A stretch of 64,000 bases of DNA, taken from the NCBI GenBank assembly GCA_964234715.1, contig OZ174282.1; one strand, written 5' to 3'. The stretch is from Podarcis melisellensis. Taxonomy: Eukaryota. Positions 60,241 through 64,000 of the stretch are shown here, in pieces. The notes beneath the pieces are model-generated. The model was given only the letters and a program-made list of their open reading frames with translations, was not told where the DNA came from and did no database searches. Each line of letters starts with the position of its first letter. Positions within the stretch are counted from its first letter, which is position 1. Position numbers and translations under genes: made by a program.

Positions 60241-61689
60241 CCCCTTTTCACCTTTACCGGGGAAGACCCTTTCGTAAAGTTATGATGGTGTCAAGGAAAG
60301 GGGGGGGGGAGAGACTTCACGATCTCATACATACCCCGAGTCATGACTTTGGCCTCGACGCTACCACCTAGTCCTGATTATCTTTGTGCAGATACTATTC
60401 TTAAAGGGGGAAAAAAGTAATACTTTAAGGGAAAGCCCTCTAAAATTGCCAGAAAATTGGGCCACGCAATTCCGGAGGTTGTAGAGATCTTCCTTTATAC
60501 ATCCTCATGTATAATCCAAGAAGGTTTGGGGGAGGAGGATCTCCCAGCCCTGAAGCAGAGAAGTCTATTACATACTACTTTGACTCTATAGCTTCCTGAA
60601 GGTTCTCCTGCGGTTTTATTTTAAGAAAAGAACTCTTTCACAAGGGGAATATACCAGAAATTTGCATATTACTTTATATGCCTTGTTTTAAAATATATTG
60701 CTCTGAATATATGCTGTCAATTTAATCTGAGCAGTTGAGAACATGCTTGAGGTTGTTAGTGTGAAATTAGTGGGCCTGTTAGATTTCTCCAAAGTAGGTT
60801 AGGGTGAGTGATAGCAAGTTGCCCAAGCCATCCTGGGTAATCTTGACGGATAAGTCATAATTGCATCACACTAGTGAACTGCCTTCTAAAATGGGGAGAG
60901 GAGGGGTATTGGTCATAGCTAACCAGCTTTGATTCTGACCATTTATTTACAGTTACATGTTCTTTACAGAATGAGGTGGTCCATGAGGGGAGATTTAAGT
61001 GAAATAATAGACCCATGCTACTATAATTATATTATGCTAGCCCATAGTTGGTGCAGCATCTTGATGTAGCTAATGCTTCTATGTTGTCAATGGACATCAT
61101 TGCTGTTTTGCTGTAATAGTTAGAATTCTGCTTGATTTCCCCCAAAAAATTCTTTTCGGCTCCCAGGTTTGTAGTGATTGTCTGAGTAGTCATTTAAACC
61201 TAAAAGTGTATTCCAAACTAGTATCCCTCACCCACATATATTTTAAAACACAGTTCTAAAGTCTTGCTCATTTGTCATTCGTCTGTCACTTTCTAGTGCA
61301 AATGAGTCATCTCTAAATAACCACAGTAAGCTGTTTTATGGGTTACATTCTGTTTCTTATTTTATTTTCAAACTTTCCTACCATGAAAACAGGTGGGCCT
61401 TGTGTGCTCCTTAACTTACTCTTTTGCAGGCTTTGGGCAAGTAGTGTACTGAACAAAGTGGTGCAAGGGAACAAATGAATTTGAGAGGCGGGGAGTAACT
61501 TAATCAAGGCTACTCTTACATATTCATGCTAATCTGATGGTGTTAGAGTTGGCTGATACTGGCGGCAGTAGACTCTATTGAGCAAAAGTTAACCTGTTGG
61601 GACTAGGCTGCGCTGACATCTGAAAGACATGCCTATGTAACAGTGCACTGTAGTTCCATTTATTTCATTGGGGATTCCAGAACAAATAA

Positions 61690-62025
61690 AAGAAAGTACT
61701 TATTCACATAGCACACAGTTAAACTATGGAGCTGTCTCCCATATGAGGAAGTGATGGCCACCAACTTGGTTGGCTTTAAAAAAGGATTAAACAAATACAT
61801 GGAGGTCAAGACTATCATCATCAACTACTAGCCATAATTGCTATGTTGTACCTCCACCGTCAGAGGTAGTATACCAGTTCCTGGGAATTACAGGTAGGCA
61901 AAGAGCTGTTGCACTCATGTCCTACTTGCAAGTTCCCCACAGGAATCTGGTTAGTCATTGTGAGAACAGGATGGTGGACTAGATGAGCCATTGGCCTGAT
62001 CCAGCAGCATCTTCTTATGTTCTTA
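61690..62025 (+). mobile_element. CR1-type LINE 3' end (ttcttatg tail)
   Basis: gtgatggccaccaacttgg..ggctttaaaaaaggattaaacaaatacatggag..ggactagatg..cctgatccagca..tcttcttatgttctta. Related ends at about 5594-5810(-), 14232-14460(-), 33840-33990(+), 52940-53075(+). Confidence 0.7.
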
Positions 62026-62355
62026 TTATTAAATCTTAGCAAATTTCCCCCAGTATCAGATACATTCTTCCTCTAATAGCCTGGTCTTCTGAGCTGTAGT
62101 TCAGACTTGCCTGGTGTTATGCTCCACCTCCATCTACACTGCTTCTACTTATCTTTTTATCTCCACCTGTGTTGAACTCTCATATATCTGTAAAACTTCC
62201 AGAAATCTCCTGGCATATTGAGGCATTCACCTTGGTTTTAGATCTGAATGTATAAATTGATTCTAATGTTGCAGTTGTTGAATTCTCGGCAGTACTGCTA
62301 AGGATTAAATGTACCCTTGCTACTTCCGTCAAAACTTGGTGTGTTTTATGAAATA

Positions 62356-62575
62356 CAGTGGTACCTCGGGTTACATACGCTTCAGGTTACATATGCTTCA
62401 GACTCCGCTAACCAAGAAATAGTACCCCGGGTTAAGAACTTTGCTTCAGAATGAGAACAGAAATCATGCACAGCAGGAGGCCCCATTAGCTAAAGTGGTG
62501 CTTCAGGTTAAGAACAGTTTTAGGTTAAGAACAGACCTCCAGAACGGATTACGTTCCTAACCCGAGGTACCACTG
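62356..62575. mobile_element. Tc1/mariner-type MITE (CAGTGGTACC family) in CTCF intron 1
   Basis: TA-CAGTGGTACCTCGGGTTA ... TAACCCGAGGTACCACTG-TA, perfect 18-bp TIR. Confidence 0.88.
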
Positions 62576-63734
62576 TATTCTGAATGGTTGTGCCAATGGG
62601 CAGCAGTTTGGGAATCTGCTTCATAGCTAGGGAACCTGACTTTATTTTCAAAACTTAAGTTCACTTTTAATGTGAATTCTTGTACCTGGTAGAATTCATT
62701 TATTTTTGTAAATTTCATTTTCCCTACTGTGCCATTACATATAAGCAACTTCTAGTTTGTACATTCAGAGGTGATATTGGACACAGATAAATATGTAAAA
62801 TAAGAACCCTGGAGTAGCTTCAATCAGCCTATTTTATTAGCATAGCTGTAATTACAAAATGTGGTGGTCTTTGTAACATGTAGTATAGAACTCAGGATTT
62901 TTAGAGTTTGCTCCACCTTTGTAAAATAAATTTCAAGTACTGTTGATTTAATCCTATAACCACTTAGCTGGGGGTTAACTGCTTTGAACTCAGTGGAACT
63001 TAGTTCTCAACTGACATGCATAGACTTTGTTGTTAAGAACATGGAAAGTTGCCTTATATAAAGTCAGATTAGCCTAGTATTGTCTTCTCAGATTGGCAGC
63101 AGTTCTTCAGGGTCTCAGGCAGAGGTCTGTCTCATCACTTGCCACCTGATTCCTCTTAACTAGAGATGACAAAGATTGGGCCTAAATCTTTATATTGTAC
63201 ATGCAAAGCAATTGCTCTACAATTGAGGTATGAATACTTCAGTGAAAATGGTTCCACATAAACAAGGGAACCTTTTTGAATCTCACTGCAGTGGAATAGC
63301 TTTCCCTCTGGGTACAGTCTTGGAAACTTACTTAACAAGAAAGAGGAAATTTATCTCTGTGTTATCCAAATAGACCTTCTCCATTGCTTGCTGTCAAATG
63401 GCTTAAATAGCATCTCATGCACAGCATTTTATGCTTTTATTCATATCTGCAGCTTCTGAGCTCCTGGGGGAAAGCTAGGTAAGGAAGGTGTGACGTTTAT
63501 GGACTACAATTTTTTTCATGCCTGACCATTGGCCATGCTTGTTGGGGCTGATGGAAGTTGTAGTCCAGCAACATCCGGAGGGCCAGAGGTTCCCCATACC
63601 TATTGTATGTATGTGTGTCTCTGTGTGTACTCTGTCATTGAGTCTGGGGCAACCTCCAGTTGCTTTCAAGCTCCCTGGAACGTAACAATTTTGTTCAGAG
63701 TTCATAAATCTTTGTGTTGGTTTCTTGTAAGCAG

Positions 63735-63824
63735 ACAATCTTTCACACTGAAGCCAAAGGGATCTTTTTGCATTGGCTAGAAAGTGAAACAAGGCGTTAG
63801 CCAGAAGTGTCCAGTTTAGAAGAG
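63735..63824 (+). other. CTCF: Candidate CTCF non-coding exon 2 (3' boundary uncertain)
   Basis: Acceptor tttcttgtaagcag|. Contains CTGAAGCCAAAG and AACAAGGCGTTAG, similar to recalled human CTCF 5'UTR exon 2. Possible GC donor GAG|GCAAGT. Confidence 0.4.
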
Positions 63825-64000
63825 GCAAGTGTTGAGGGGTTGAGATCTTTTCCCTCTCTCACCCTCCACTTAACCCAGAAGATGGATTCATAAGCTAGTG
63901 TTGGAAAATATCTTTTTTTCTGCATATTCTCTGATTAATCCCAATGGTGGGTCACCTTGATACCTTGTTGATTCCCCAGTGTCAAGAAGGAGCATTCATA

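Noticed and set aside
58810-60371. Several long overlapping ORFs (113-176 aa) on both strands in the CpG island
   Set aside because: They are Arg/Gly/Pro/Ala-rich products of very high GC content with few stop codons, show no domain similarity, and overlie the CTCF promoter, exon 1 and intron 1.

Overview
This is vertebrate genomic DNA, almost certainly from a lizard and probably a lacertid. Full-length Sauria-type SINEs, Squam-like tRNA SINEs, CR1 ends and hAT/Tc1-mariner MITEs point to that. The window holds the complete coding region of RIPOR1 (FAM65A) on the + strand. I reconstructed 21 constitutive coding exons from 28014 to 53789, all GT-AG and phase-consistent, giving 3003 nt or 1000 aa, with a polyA signal at 54687. 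About 4.5 kb downstream is a CpG-island promoter and non-coding first exon that I identify as CTCF, from the conserved RIPOR1-CTCF synteny and 5'UTR motifs. No CTCF coding exon lies in the window. Most ORFs in the supplied track are spurious. I found no exotic system such as CRISPR, a viral insert or an intact transposase. The best leads are in isoform architecture: (1) a 144-nt in-frame cassette exon resembling an alternatively spliced RIPOR2 exon that is absent from canonical human RIPOR1; (2) several candidate alternative first coding exons that join the ATG exon through a pair of tandem acceptors of different phase; (3) a CRX/OTX-type site cluster in front of one of those exons; (4) a four-tier G-quadruplex and a candidate GC-donor exon in the CTCF 5'UTR. 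Comparisons with human sequences are from memory and need checking by alignment.
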